This document shows positions 11,014 to 23,120 of a stretch of DNA of 27,571 bases, piece by piece; within the stretch, counting starts at the first letter, position 1; every line of letters begins with the position of its first letter. The DNA lies in assembly GCA_030141605.1 (NCBI GenBank), contig JAQGDQ010001730.1, positions 1 to 27,571 on the forward strand, in the 5' to 3' direction. The notes under the pieces were generated by a model. The model had not been told where the DNA came from. It worked only from the letters and a program-made list of their open reading frames with translations, and ran no database searches. A program made the position numbers and the translations under genes. The DNA comes from Tubiluchus corallicola (Eukaryota > Animalia > Priapulida).

Positions 11014-13496
11014 TACACTTAGGCATTATGTAAGAAACAGAGATGCATTGAACAAAACCTATTAAATGAACAGTGTAGCAAAGTGCCCAGCCACACAGTC
11101 TATTTCAGCTCAGAGTGATGATGAGAAATATTTAAACTAATTAAATTTATTTCTTCTAAAAAAGTCACACCAAGCATGTTTAAATGCTTAGCAAAGTGTT
11201 ATTTTTTGCCAGTGTGAGCATGCATGTATAGGAATGGCGTGTGCCCCAGTAGGGTAACAGGTAACAATATTTATTCGCCTTGTGTACAAAAAACACAAAC
11301 AATGCAACAATTACAATATGGTCCCATAGAAAATCCTTTACAAGATAACATGTTAGCCAAGTGATTCAGAACTGGCACACTTCTTTATTGCTCCTTTGGG
11401 TTAAATATCTGTACTTGAAAAAGTTATTGTTGTTAATAAATTTAAATGGATGGCAATTCGACATAAATGTTATTTGTATAAAGGTTTTAGTTTGATTGCA
11501 GTAATTGCATTGCTTAAAGCACTGGTATTATATATTATTGGTGCCACTGCTTGGATGGCTTGTAAATATGAGTTTTTTGACGACCAAATTTGTGACGTTA
11601 TGAAAACTGCCACATATTGTCGCTTCCACCCATCCCGTGATAAGTTGGAGATATGATTGCATCTGGGATTAACTAATAATAAAGTCAAAGTTATGTGACA
11701 CAGTGCGGTATTTCTCGACTAGTAAGCGCGATAACCTTGAGGTGAAGCATTTATTTAGTAAGCATATTCTCAAAAGCAAAAGCCAGTTTTAGAGCTTACG
11801 AAGTCTTTATGAAGAGCATCTAGAATGACTAACTGCGTTATAAAATAGTAATGTTTAGAAAATATTAGTTTGCAATAAAAAGCAAAGATTAGCCATATTT
11901 GCGTGCTTTGGAATTTATCTGTTGTTCCATTGTGGAATTGTGCGTTTGAGAAATATATAATGTATTATTTGCAGTAAAGAACTTATATTCACTGTATGCT
12001 AATTTACCTGATAACAAAACGTGAGCTTGTGACTCTTCAAGTTGAAATGAATTACAAAAGAAGTGCTAAAGAAACTATAGGTGAATGTGATTTTGAACCT
12101 CTGTTAGTGTGGAATGTCTGTTTAGTAAATTTACCTGAAAATCCAATAAAGCTAGGATGGGATGCACTAAAAGACCAACAGTTTTTTGAGAGGATGACTA
12201 CATAATTTTGCGAAGTTAAAAGCAAAAATGCTAAGTTTGTTCATACGGTAGTATTAGTTTAGTCAGAGACTTTAAAATTATCTTGGCCCAAGAGTAGGCT
12301 GCCGTAGATAGATTCTAATTTTCAATTTTTTCCAGTGGGTAAGTCAAGCGGGGATAACCATAAATTATCGGGTTTTTGCTCCCTTTGTTCTGTCTGAGAT
12401 CATATTCAGCATCTATTACTCCTCTGGTGGTGTGGGTTGTTATTGTGACTTCATCCTCAACAGTTTTTCTGCGGGGTTCGGCTAGCACAGAATTATTGCT
12501 AGGAGGAAAAGTAAGAGGGCAAATTTTTAACATTGTAGATCAGCTTTGGTTTGGCCCACCTCACGTTGTGTTTTAAGAAGGTAAAATTGTTTTTGACAGT
12601 AATCACAGAACAAGATTAGATCAGATAGAAACTTCTAAGTTTTTGTGCGATGCAGTCAATTAATAATAAAGCACTGTTACAGTTAAACATATTAAAATAT
12701 TATCAGTGTGACATTACAGTGCCTTGAAAAAGGCACCATTAATAAAATTTCAGTATTTCGACTTTACAAACTGAAAATAGCACAGGCTATGTCAATTTCA
12801 GATTGCTAAAATCAAAAATTGATAGGTGCCATTTTTTCTGTACCAATCTTCAGCCGCCATTGTTCAAATCTAAGCTTGTTTCTGAGTTCTTCATAGGATT
12901 TTCAGCTAGGCTCAATTGTTTTCACAAATAAAGAAATGGGATGGGCTTCGGAAATGAAAAAAGTGTCAAAGTCAGGTGATTGGTCTAAATGTCAAAATTC
13001 ATGCAAATGCTTTTGTCGCTTTCTTCCTCTTATAGCATTTCGCTAGGATTTCGTGTTTTTTTGGCTCTATGGGTACCTGCGTAGGTTTTGATGCGCATTT
13101 GGTAATTTCTTCAAAAAATGGTAATGGGGAAACAGAACATCCATGTCCATAACTAAAAATCTGCAACAGCTTGAATCACGAAACTTGTTTTGCTAGAACA
13201 GTTTTGCCAGAATTTGACAAAAGCTCAATGTGCCCAATAATTCTGTTACGATCTTGAGAATTTATTTAGAAGCAATTATGGGATATAATATTGCTATCAC
13301 GAATCACATTCGGCCAAAAAGCATCGCGTTAAAATCATTTTTGTCATTTTTTCTTAGACAAAATTCTTTTCACTTTATAGCAGCTCAAACGTTTTAACAC
13401 TAACAGGTGAAAAAGACCAAAGAAGCAATTAATGCAACTTAAATGTTATAAAAATGCTTTAAGGAAAATTCTGCTTATTTAGTAAAAACGGTTATG

Positions 13497-13817
13497 GTGC
13501 AAAATGATAAAACATGTCTGGTCTATCAATTACGTAAAATGCAGAAGGAGCAAAATGGTAAAACTTATCCTGGTCTGTTACGTAAAAGTGATGACCGTGC
13601 AAAATGACAAAACGCATTCTGGTCTATCAATAGCGTAAAACCACTGACTGTGCAAAACGGTAAAACGCATCCTGGTCTATCAATAGCGTAAAAGCGCTGA
13701 CAGTGCAAAACGGTAAAAGGCATCCTGGTCTATCAATAGCGTAAAAACGCTGACGGTGCAAAACGGTAAAACGCTTCCTGGTCTATCAATAGCGTAAAAA
13801 CGCTGACGGTGCAAAAT
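13497..13817. repeat. Minisatellite, 53-bp unit, about 6 copies
   Basis: Unit GTGCAAAACGGTAAAACGCATCCTGGTCTATCAATAGCGTAAAAACGCTGACG; unit starts at 13497, 13548, 13597, 13650, 13703, 13756, with a partial at 13809. Confidence 0.95.
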
Positions 13818-14519
13818 TGTACAACTGATTCTGTTCTGAGTTGGAATGCTGATAGCGCAATTTTAGCCTGTTTTCTAAGTTAAATGCTGACAGAGCAAAA
13901 TGATATGCAGGTACAGTGATCTAATAGCTTAGTGAAAATTTTACAAAAAGACTGTTGCAAATTTTACGTACACATTTAGTGAAGGCATGCATGCAAGGTG
14001 AATTCAGCAATTTTGATACAACGAAAATATAAATCAAACAGCTTAAAGAATTAAATTAAAATAAGGTTGTCTAAAGAAAGGTTGAATTTGCTTTGAATTA
14101 CCGGAGTAAGTATCATCACTACAACCGCCTTGCCTGCTCACTACTGTTGGTTGTTCATAAAGCAAAAAGATTAGTTTTGCAGGTTGTGACACGTATGCTT
14201 GGTATTCAGACGTAATGAGACGTAAAATCTGCACAGCACCTGCCTAGATGCCTTTTACCACACAGACGATTGCATTTAGCAGAAAAATTTAACCCTGCGT
14301 TACCCAACTAACATATTTGTACCATTCTGGAAAATCTTTGAAAAGCCTCGCTTCAATTATGTTAACTTTTCGACTTGGTTGAATTTTCGCCACAGTAAAA
14401 AAACAATATGATGCTGATACACAAGTCTGGTCTTGAGTTTTTAACTGATAATTTTTACGTAATTCTCATCCTATCACGTACATATACATACTGAATGGAG
14501 TCCAAAGAGAAACGTATTC

Positions 14520-15380
14520 GATTTTCCAACAAAACTCTGTATTCTTCGTGAGCAGTTTGGTAAGGGGTATAGCTAAAGTAGCAAAATTCGAGACAAATTT
14601 TCGGTATTAACCCACCATTCCCAAAAATCGCACGAGTTCTCTTTTAGTAGTGGGTGGTGGAAGATTTAGTACAGCTTTGAGTTTGGCTTCACGTGGCAAA
14701 ACCTTTCCCTGTCCAACAGTGTAACCTAAGTAAGTTACTTGAGCTTTACCGATTTCACTTTTACTTAAGTTAATCACTAAATTTGCAGCAATCAGTTTAT
14801 AAAAAAAGACTTGGTGTATACTGAGTGATTACGCCAATTTTCACTGTATATCACCGATATAGGCTACACAATTTGTCAAATTAGCTGTTACAATTGTCAT
14901 CAAATGAACAAAGGTTGTCGGGGCATTTTTTAACCCGAAAGGCATAACAGAAAATTGGTGCAAACCATCACCAACTGCAAATGCTTATTTTTCTTAGGTC
15001 TGTCGGTTAAAGGTATTTGCCAGTACCCCTTGAGCAAATCATATTTACTAACATAAACTGCTTGCCCAAGCTGATCTATAATCATCTACCATTGGGATTG
15101 GGAAATTATAAGTTTTTGTGATTTGATTTACTTTTTGTAATCTATACAGATTCGGATAGAACCATCTTGTTTATAAAGTGGCAATATTAGTGAACCGGTG
15201 TTGTTTGATTGGTTGAGCATCTCCTATATCAATGTCATGTTGCAATACATTTGTTTTACCAGGTACATCTGCAAATAGCTGCTTGCACAGACTGAACAAA
15301 TTAAATATCTGGTCTTGTTGTTGTTTGTTTAAATGTGTGAATAAAGTGTATGGATTTTCCAATATCTCTGAATTTTTCAA
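14520..15380 (-). mobile_element. pol: Decayed Ty3/Gypsy reverse transcriptase fragment
   Basis: Minus-strand translation across frameshifts: FADVPGKTNVLQHDIDIGDAQPIKQ, DGSIRICIDY, FPIP, YDLLKGYWQIPL, VMPFGLKNAPTTF, AYIGD (mutated YxDD), VTYLGYTVG, FLGMVG*YRKFVSNFA. Confidence 0.93.
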
Positions 15381-15784
15381 GTTGTAATTTTAATGTTATC
15401 ATTTGTCTTCAAAAAGCATTTAGATCTATGGTCCACCACTTTGAGAAAGTTGGACAAATTTGTAAATAGTCAACGAAACTATGTAAAAGAGCCTGTTAAC
15501 AAGTGTGGCAACACAATATTTAGTCGTCTTACACCAGACTCTAGAGTAGCCTTATCAGACACAGTACTTTCCAACCTCTGCCTTTGTAGCCTTGTGAGAC
15601 TTTGTATAGCTTGCACAGTAGAGATGCGCACGTGTGTACCTGTGAGAGATTCTGGATGTGTTGTAACTCGAGAGGATAGTTATATAAATTGTGATTATAT
15701 TCAGGTTCGGCCTGTGTGAGATGCTAGTTATGGAATTTAAAGCTCTTTCTTCAGATCTTTTAAGATTTTTCCTATCACTTTCAG

Positions 15785-17989
15785 GAAATTCTACCTGATG
15801 ACTATAGCCATTGTTTGCGTGAGTTAGTGCATAATCCTGACTCAGGGCATGGGTTTGATATCATACTTCACCTTCCCATATCAGCAGCAGAAGAGGCAGA
15901 ATTATGGTTAAAGTCATTCCAAGAGAAAAGCTATACTACATATCGAGTTCTGAAGACAGAAAAGTGTTCAGGAGAGAAATTCAAGTTCAAAGTAAGTTTT
16001 TATATGGTCGCAGTCAAAATCATAATTTGTATCTGTGTAAATACGTGTAAGTAAAAGTTGTCACTCGCTCACCTGTGATTTTATTTGAATTTAGTGCATG
16101 AAAAAAGTTGCCCTAACCCTGTAGTGTAATGTCATGTGCCGCCATATACCCATACCATACTGCTTATCCTGCATTTTCCAGTCGACAACTTCTGCAACCT
16201 AAATCTGATGCAGGCACTGATGCTAAACTTATATTTTCTTTGTCTGGCCTTAACCATTGTCAAGATGTACCTTTTCTGAAGAATAGGCAACAAGTGTTGT
16301 TGAAAGGTTAAAGGGATGCATCATTTACATGCGTCTTAAACATTCATTTGCCAGGTTGATTACTTCTGCCATCACAGGACCAGAAAGACCAAAGGGCAAG
16401 GGCCACATGCTGGAGAGAAGAATACTAATTGCCCAGCTGGGTTGCAGATTAAAGTCAAGAATACAAGTTTCTTCAACACCGATGGGCATAAAAGGAAATG
16501 CCGGTAAGTAATTCAGGTTTCCTCTGCAGCTAAGCAAAGTATATGTATTTAGTGAAGAAAATAAATCGAGGTGTGTCCTTTAAAATGGAATGCTCATCTT
16601 TTCTTAATGTTTGCCTATTTTGAAATGTTTGTTGAAGTGAATGTGCCATTCTAATTTTCCCAACAACTTTTAAGGAATGAATTTGTATGCATAGAAAGAA
16701 TATTTTACTCCTCTTTTTGTAGTTCAACAGGTTCAGCACAGATGGTATTTGGAATTGCATTGTATTATGTTCTTTATGAATTTCAGTTCTTAGGACCCAC
16801 ATCTGCCCAATTATCTAATGACAGTCAAGATCAAGTTCCGGCATAACCATCCAACCAACCGGTTGGACCGTGTTCTCCGTTCTCGCTTCCTGGTGAATGT
16901 GAACTCTTGCTCAAAAATTGACCACAGTCTCATCAGAAATGTTGCTGTTAGTGTCTATGAAGTGCCCAGTGAGAAGGACCCAAGTGTGATGTACTCAGTC
17001 GATATGGATGTTGGGATGTGCTCTTACAAGATGGGAAATACAGGTAAATCCTTTTTGTAAATACAGGGTGGCCCACAGTTAACACTTTTATCTTGCTAGC
17101 AATTGAAGAAAATAACAGATATGGAAATTATTTTCTTGTCAACTTAAAGTTTTATGTGCAAGTGCAGTTTTGTGATGATTCACATTAATGATATTCACAT
17201 TACTCTTTTCGTTACAGGAGGTCCCTGCAAGCGCCAGTTTCTGGTGGTCAAGAAGTTTGGTTTGTCGACCTGGAACTTCATACCAGTACATGATCCAGCG
17301 ATGCGTTGCTTGTTGTACAAGGTCGCCACAGGAGGAGATGCTACCAATCTCCCAGACAGTTGGTTTCAGCCTCTGCAGCCTTCTACCACCACTTCCCCAA
17401 CCATGCCCACTCCCACATTACAGGTTCATGATGCAGCAGATCATGACATGGCAGTGCCACAAGACAAGCAAGATGAGGGGAACAGCAGTGCAGAACAGTC
17501 ATGTGCACAGGGAAGCAATCAAGTGGTTGACAAGGAAAAGGTTGATCCTGTCATCAAGGAGCTTGATGGTGCATTTGAAATCCTGAAAGGAAGGTACCTT
17601 TCGAACAAAGAGTTTCTGGCCAAACCAATACGAACATTTGTCAAGCAATCACAGAAATTGTCCACAGACTCTGCCTTGGCATCTGCCCTTCATTGCTTTG
17701 AGAGGTATGCTGGAGTTGCTGAAGCTGTTGGAAACAAGAAAAAAAAGAGAGTGCTTGTTGGTGCAAAGTCCAATGGTGTCCAACCTACTGCAAGGGCACG
17801 CAGGAAAATGGTTGTTGGAGGTCGGAATAGGATTGGATCTGGGCGACCATGCCATACAAATGTCCAGTCATCTTCTGTCACCCCATTTTCCTCGCAGGTA
17901 ATGCCAAAATATAAAGTACCAAACAGACTCTCTGCGTAGAATGTGTAGAATGTTCCCAAACACTTGGCAAGACGCATTCTGTTAAGTAG
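15785..17989 (+). pseudogene. Intron-containing MULE (Mutator-like) transposase pseudogene with SWIM zinc finger, internally deleted
   Basis: GT-AG exons 15785-15991, 16355-16503, 16787-17043 and 17218-17989 splice in frame: EAELWLKSF..TYRV / YFCHH..KNTNCPA / RS*DPHLP..HNHP..YSVDMDVGMCSY..TG / GPCKRQ..GVQPTARARRK..GRP..LGKTH. In-frame TAG at 16791, SWIM Cys>Tyr and His>Arg, frameshift near 17935. Confidence 0.85.
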
Positions 17990-18162
17990 AACAAGACTGA
18001 TTGCAGCATTCTATTTTGGCTGCTACTCACAAGAAGCTTTTTTGTGATTTATATTTTGTGCATAACGGGCACGAAAAAAAAATCGGTTTTGAGGTTCCTT
18101 CAGGTTCCTTCACACAGAACTCACACACGTGGATCGCCATCTTGCTTTGATATTGTAGTTCA

Positions 18163-18189
18163 AATGAGGGACATAATCTGTCCGGAACT
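18163..18189. repeat. 27-bp motif repeated at 20615-20641; candidate transposon terminus
   Basis: AATGAGGGACATAATCTGTCCGGAACT vs AATGAGGGAAATCATCTGTCCGGAACT, 25/27, same orientation; the first copy lies about 175 bp after the MULE stop. Confidence 0.6.
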
Positions 18190-20114
18190 TGTGTATTAAA
18201 GGACAAGAAAAGTGAAACTTAATGCAACTTTCAAAAAACGCACATTATGAAACAGATGTACAGTTTTTTTTCGTAATTTTATACAAATGAAGAACTCACG
18301 TTTGCATATTTTAAATTTTCAACACTGTGCCAAACTTTGGTAGTTTGCAGATTTCTTTAAGATAGACGTGCGCAATTTTTTTGCGCTATGATTTGTTATA
18401 GTAAAATGTTAGTAAATCGTTTGGATAGCAGTGCCACGTACTGATGCTACACCTTACCTGGCTTCACATACAAACTGAAATTTTCTCGAAGCTTAGACAT
18501 CCAATAAGTAATGGATTTTTTAGTATTTACTGTGTTAAACGTTTTACTTATACATCCATGCAGTGTACCAAACTGATCATTTGCAACATGTTCTGGTGCT
18601 TTATACATTAGCTTCAAGTAAGTGAAGTTGATCTGAAATGTCATACTTATCCAGTGATATTCTTTGGGCTAGGATAACTCAGCAGATGAATTTAAAATGT
18701 AAACATGGAATTTCTTTTAGTGCGAGCATCAGAATTATACTGTATAACGTCATTATAGCGAACCTGCAAGGAACACAGAAAAAAGTATTCTATAACCGTA
18801 CATGGCTAAAGTGTATATGACTACTAGATCGACAACCGTATTATTTTTAAAAGAGTATTAATAATATACACTGTTTGGCTTCACAGAGGCTATAAAGCAC
18901 TTTTAGAAGATGCTATCGAGTATCAAGCACTTTGCAGTGTATTCCAATTCAATGAAAAGTATTTTATGTTTCTTCAATAAACTAAAGTTAATGAATGTTT
19001 CATATTAAATTACGTGTACACATTCAGTTGTAAATGTACGTGAAGTAAAGTTAATGAGATTCAAAAAAGCCAGTCAGTTTTGTTTGCACAAAATTTCTGT
19101 GTGTCCCTTGATGAAACATCTCAAGAATGAGCTGCCATTGTACGTTACTTTAAACTGGGTCTCAAACCGCTGAGTGACTCATTTTTTTTATACAGCTAAT
19201 AATGACTTTTTGTTCTGCATGCTGCATGCCCAACAACTTTTTTGTAACACCAAGAATGTTAGGTTAAATTTAACTGTAAAATTAATTTACAGAGGCTAGC
19301 AAATGTGAAGTGTGCAATAAAAACTTATTTATAAATACATAGTAAAGCAATTTGTTGGATCCTTTAGTGTCATCAACATCACAAGGCATAGACAGCTAGT
19401 AGTTTTCTATGTTTTTTTGTACACATTGCCATAATAACTCACACTTGTGCATTTCTGTACAATACAGCTTTTACTGTTTACATAACCACAAATACCTCAT
19501 TTTACACTGACACTGGCTGCAGCGACGTCTGATCAGATCCACTGTAGGCTGACTGACAGCAAAAATTAACAAGTTGTTGACATGCTTTTGGTGCTTCCAC
19601 AAAGAAATATCCTGAGCTTTTAGTTAAGCTAAGTGAAGGCAGATCCATGTCTAATTTAGTTAATGGGGGTAGCCTAAGCCTTTATTTTCTTTTGTACCAA
19701 CTAACTCCCTGTTAGTGATTGAGTTACAGAATGGATGATCATCATGGATGAATATTCAATACGTTGAAACCAAGATAAATGTTTCCTCGTATAAACTTCA
19801 CTTGTTTTGCACATCTGCGTGGAGATGTAGTTTTAGATATGCCATACAGATACACCTTGACAGTGTACATGTATAGTGAGTGGAAGCCAGAACAGTGACC
19901 TAGAAAAGTTAGTTCAGGTAGAGAGCTGCTTACGTTTGGATGTAGAAAGCAGCCATGTTAATAAAAAGCAGTGAATAAATGTTGGTAACAACATGAAAGT
20001 GATTGTGGAGCCGACAATGGTTAGCTTGGTGTAGCTGTAGCTGGTGATGTTGGTAGACTAGACCCTCTGTCAAAGTCAACTATCCTATATACGTCAGTCA
20101 GAGGTGCAAAGCGT

Positions 20115-20224
20115 TTAAACACTTACTGTAGTCCCATAGGAGAGATTGTGACTTTTCAAATGCCATCTTGAGAGTCGCGAACTCTCATGAGGGACTTTAC
20201 AGCAGTACTGCATTTAAGGGTTAA
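20115..20224. mobile_element. Fold-back piggyBac-like MITE (~110 bp)
   Basis: TTAA at both ends, right end AAGGG-TTAA; arms CTGTAGTCCCATAGGAGAGATTGTGACT and the reverse complement CTGTAAAGTCCCTCATGAGAGTTCGCGACT around a short loop near 20161-20165. Confidence 0.65.
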
Positions 20225-20962
20225 TACCATAGTCTAACCAGGCGAATCTGACTGTATTATTTCCCTGATGTATGCCCACAGACTGACACTAACAGTATAC
20301 TGTGGCCTCTTAGTCTTATTGGACCATGGAACATTGCGAAAGGCAATGAACTGTGGTTTGGTGCAGTATATCCTGAAAAAGAGCACCCCAAAATTACCCA
20401 AGGACTAGTTTCTATTAGTTCCAAATAAATCTACATTTTCTAGCCTTCTTTTCCAACCGTGCACAAGGACTGACAGCATGTTCAATTAACAGGCAACAGT
20501 GCACTGAAGTGAGTGCCTGATGTTATGTCAACATGTGCACGTGGTTGACGAACGCCTGACATTGTTTACATGTGTGTAGTCATGGCTGTTTGAGGAGTCT
20601 GATTGGGTAATGCTAATGAGGGAAATCATCTGTCCGGAACTCATTTGCAAAAAAAATTTCGCAGCCCGCACTTTGTTATGAGTTGGAATTGGTTACAAAG
20701 ACACGGTGAATAAACGGAGATGCAATTGCGACGTTACTTCATTTTTATTGCCAGTAAACACAAAATAACAAAACATCAGGGCTGTCAACCTGAGCAGCCG
20801 ACATTACTTCCACCTCTATAACAACTAACTAACTAGGCCCAAATCCAGTTACAGAACACAGGTGAGAAGCCAACCTGTCGCTTAAATTAGAATCGCCAGG
20901 CGGGTCATAACGGCAGCTCAAAGGTAACTGAGGTTATAGGGGAGTGTAGTAGTCTTATTAAG

Positions 20963-21631
20963 TTTTCTGTGCAGACATATATTGCTCGGGTTAAGCGGAT
21001 CAAGGAATAGATGGATGTTTCTGGCAGAGAGGCTTATCTACCTAAATTGAGCGAGGTTGCTGCTGTAATACGTTCAGAAAGTAGTTGTAATGTTTCCTTT
21101 ATGATTTTGTTGCACAAGGTTCTCGGGAGATCGAATTTCAGTTGAAATGTGGGCCTATTATAATTGGCTATGATGCAGTGAATTTGGAGTTAAGTGAACT
21201 AGTTGGTAAGAAGTTAGATAAGATCAATGAAGTATTGCTTAGAGAATGCAGTCTGAATTTTGGGTACAAACGTTGGTTTTAAATAGTTCTAGGGCGGCTG
21301 CTGTTTTGAAAACGTTTGATATTTTGCTTTGTTTAGCAACAGTGGAGTTTGATTTTCCTGAATTATGTACTAATGTACGCCTGGTTCTGTTATTCGTTCT
21401 CATGTAGGAAAAGTTGGTAATATTCAGGCAGCTTCATCGTCAAGAAGGCGTATTGGTGGTTTCAGGGTGTTTTACAATTGTTTGTTTGATGCTGTTTGTT
21501 TGGGTGGCGTCTATTGTTAGCCGCATGTTAAGTTTCAATGGGGTTATGCAAACTGCTGGCCAATTGATCTGAAGACACATATTTGTGGTAAGAAAATGGT
21601 ACATGGCAAGAAGATCGATGCATTAAGTTAA
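20963..21631 (+). pseudogene. Unidentified decayed coding sequence
   Basis: Long stop-poor frames with many T-ending codons, joined by about three frame switches; no family recognised. Confidence 0.35.
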
Positions 21632-22365
21632 TGGAAAACTGAATTTGGAGGATACCATACCCACTACAGATAGGAGTCAATTAAGTTTGTTGCTTATGAT
21701 TATGAAAACACGGACGGCTATGAGCGGACGGCAGTCCAATATTTTTATATATTACATGGATCGCGTACCGTATTGGGACTTACCTTTAACTAGATTAACA
21801 CAGATATCACAGGTAATTAGTGAATGCACACAATTACTTATGAAAAGTAAGTGCAAGGGCTATATCTGCATACAAATTGCAAAAAAGAAAATTATACTTT
21901 ATAATTCTTACTTAAACCCCGTAGCAACCAAAGTCTACCTTGGTGCTACGCAAATTTACTGAAAATTAAAGACAAGCTATTCTCTTCTCCTAACTTTTTT
22001 CTCCTAATTTTAATTTTTCGTCATCCGCTCAACTGTAAAAGCCAATATCTTGTTTCAGAAACAACGTAGAGACCTGAAACAGATACCAAAATGATTGGCA
22101 TAAGGAAGAGAATAAGAATGTGCATAGAGAAATTTATACCTAGCGCACAATGGACGGTTTTGCTATGCACGATCACACTTATCAATTTCCACAATTGTAA
22201 ACCAACAATTAGGATATAGTATAATATTATGTAGATTTGTCTGAGCAGTTCCTTGTCAGATTTGTATTCTAATTCAAAAAACCGTGTTTAACTTAGTCAT
22301 TGACTTAGCACTTGCAGTTTGATAGTAGAAAAGCTGGCTATATGTGGGCTGCATTTCTCCGTGAC

Positions 22366-22606
22366 TTATGACCTGGGAAATGCAGCCCAAGTTTCCATGA
22401 ATTGGAACTTGTCAATTCGGACTCGCAACCCAATGGGTCTGGCATCTGAAGTTGGAAGAATGCTATGTTTAATGATTTCGACAGGTTTGATTTACCTTAC
22501 AAGTGTATTTCGTTATCATAAAATCGCAACAATCAATATTTCGATCAGTGACTGTCACACGAGTCGTGCCTCCTGATAATGGGGTGACTTCAGCTTCAAA
22601 CTTACA
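22366..22606 (-). other. Possible pair of terminal coding exons of an unknown gene
   Basis: ACTAAC..TTCAG acceptor, exon 22606-22501 (CKFEAEVTPLSGGTTRVTVTDRNIDCCDFMITKYT), GTAAGG donor, 55-nt intron ending CTTCAG, exon 22445-22366 (YARPIGLRVRIDKFQFMETWAAFPRS*). Confidence 0.3.
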
Positions 22607-22981
22607 CTGAATAGGTTAGTTGGCATAATAGCTCATGCTAATTAGTATAAATGAAGAAGCAGATCATCTAGTTTTTATTGCAATTTGAGAGATGTCATTA
22701 AGTAATTCTTTTACTTAAACTGTGAATGCATTTTCATTTTTAATGAGTTCTAGAATTTTTTTAATCTTGAAATTTCAATGAGTTGAAATTCCCCACACAA
22801 TGGGTTTTCATGCATAGCTATAGATAAAACGCATTTGGTTACCACAGACAAAAACGATTTTTGTTGCATAGATTTGAAAAAAATGTATCAGTAACAGCAT
22901 TACAGTACACATGTATGAAATCAGCTTATGCAGAAAATGTAAATATCCATACACAAATCTCTGATACACGCTGGCCTTAAA

Positions 22982-23120
22982 TCTACTCTATTTTTAAAGA
23001 GAAATTTATGTTAAAAGATAAAACGACCTTAATTTGACCTTGGTAGATTGTTTTCTGGAATAGGTGCAGAACACTGCACAGCTTTGGTTTTAGCAAGAAG
23101 GCAGTCAGTAAATTAGTGTG
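22982..23120. repeat. Diverged copy of 280-390
   Basis: TCTACTCTATTTTTAAAGAGAAATTTATGTTAAAAGAT vs TCTACTCTATTTTTAAAATAAAATTCTTGTTAAAAGAT, then CCTTGGT and TGCACA(G/A)CTT. Confidence 0.7.

Noticed and set aside
13497-13817. CRISPR-like array
   Set aside because: Units are contiguous tandem copies with no unique spacers; no cas genes; eukaryotic context.
17062-17075. TA-CAGGGTGGCCCA Tc1/mariner-like terminus in a MULE intron
   Set aside because: No matching inverted end found.
17188-17977. Additional overlapping ORFs in other frames and strands
   Set aside because: Shadows of the last MULE exon.
18196-19153. Kolobok-like element TTAAAGG..CTTTAA
   Set aside because: Candidate ends match for only 6 nt, which is expected by chance in AT-rich DNA.
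20674-20912. Short solo LTR TGTTATGA..TCATAACG
   Set aside because: End is not CA and flanks CACTT/GCAGC give no TSD.
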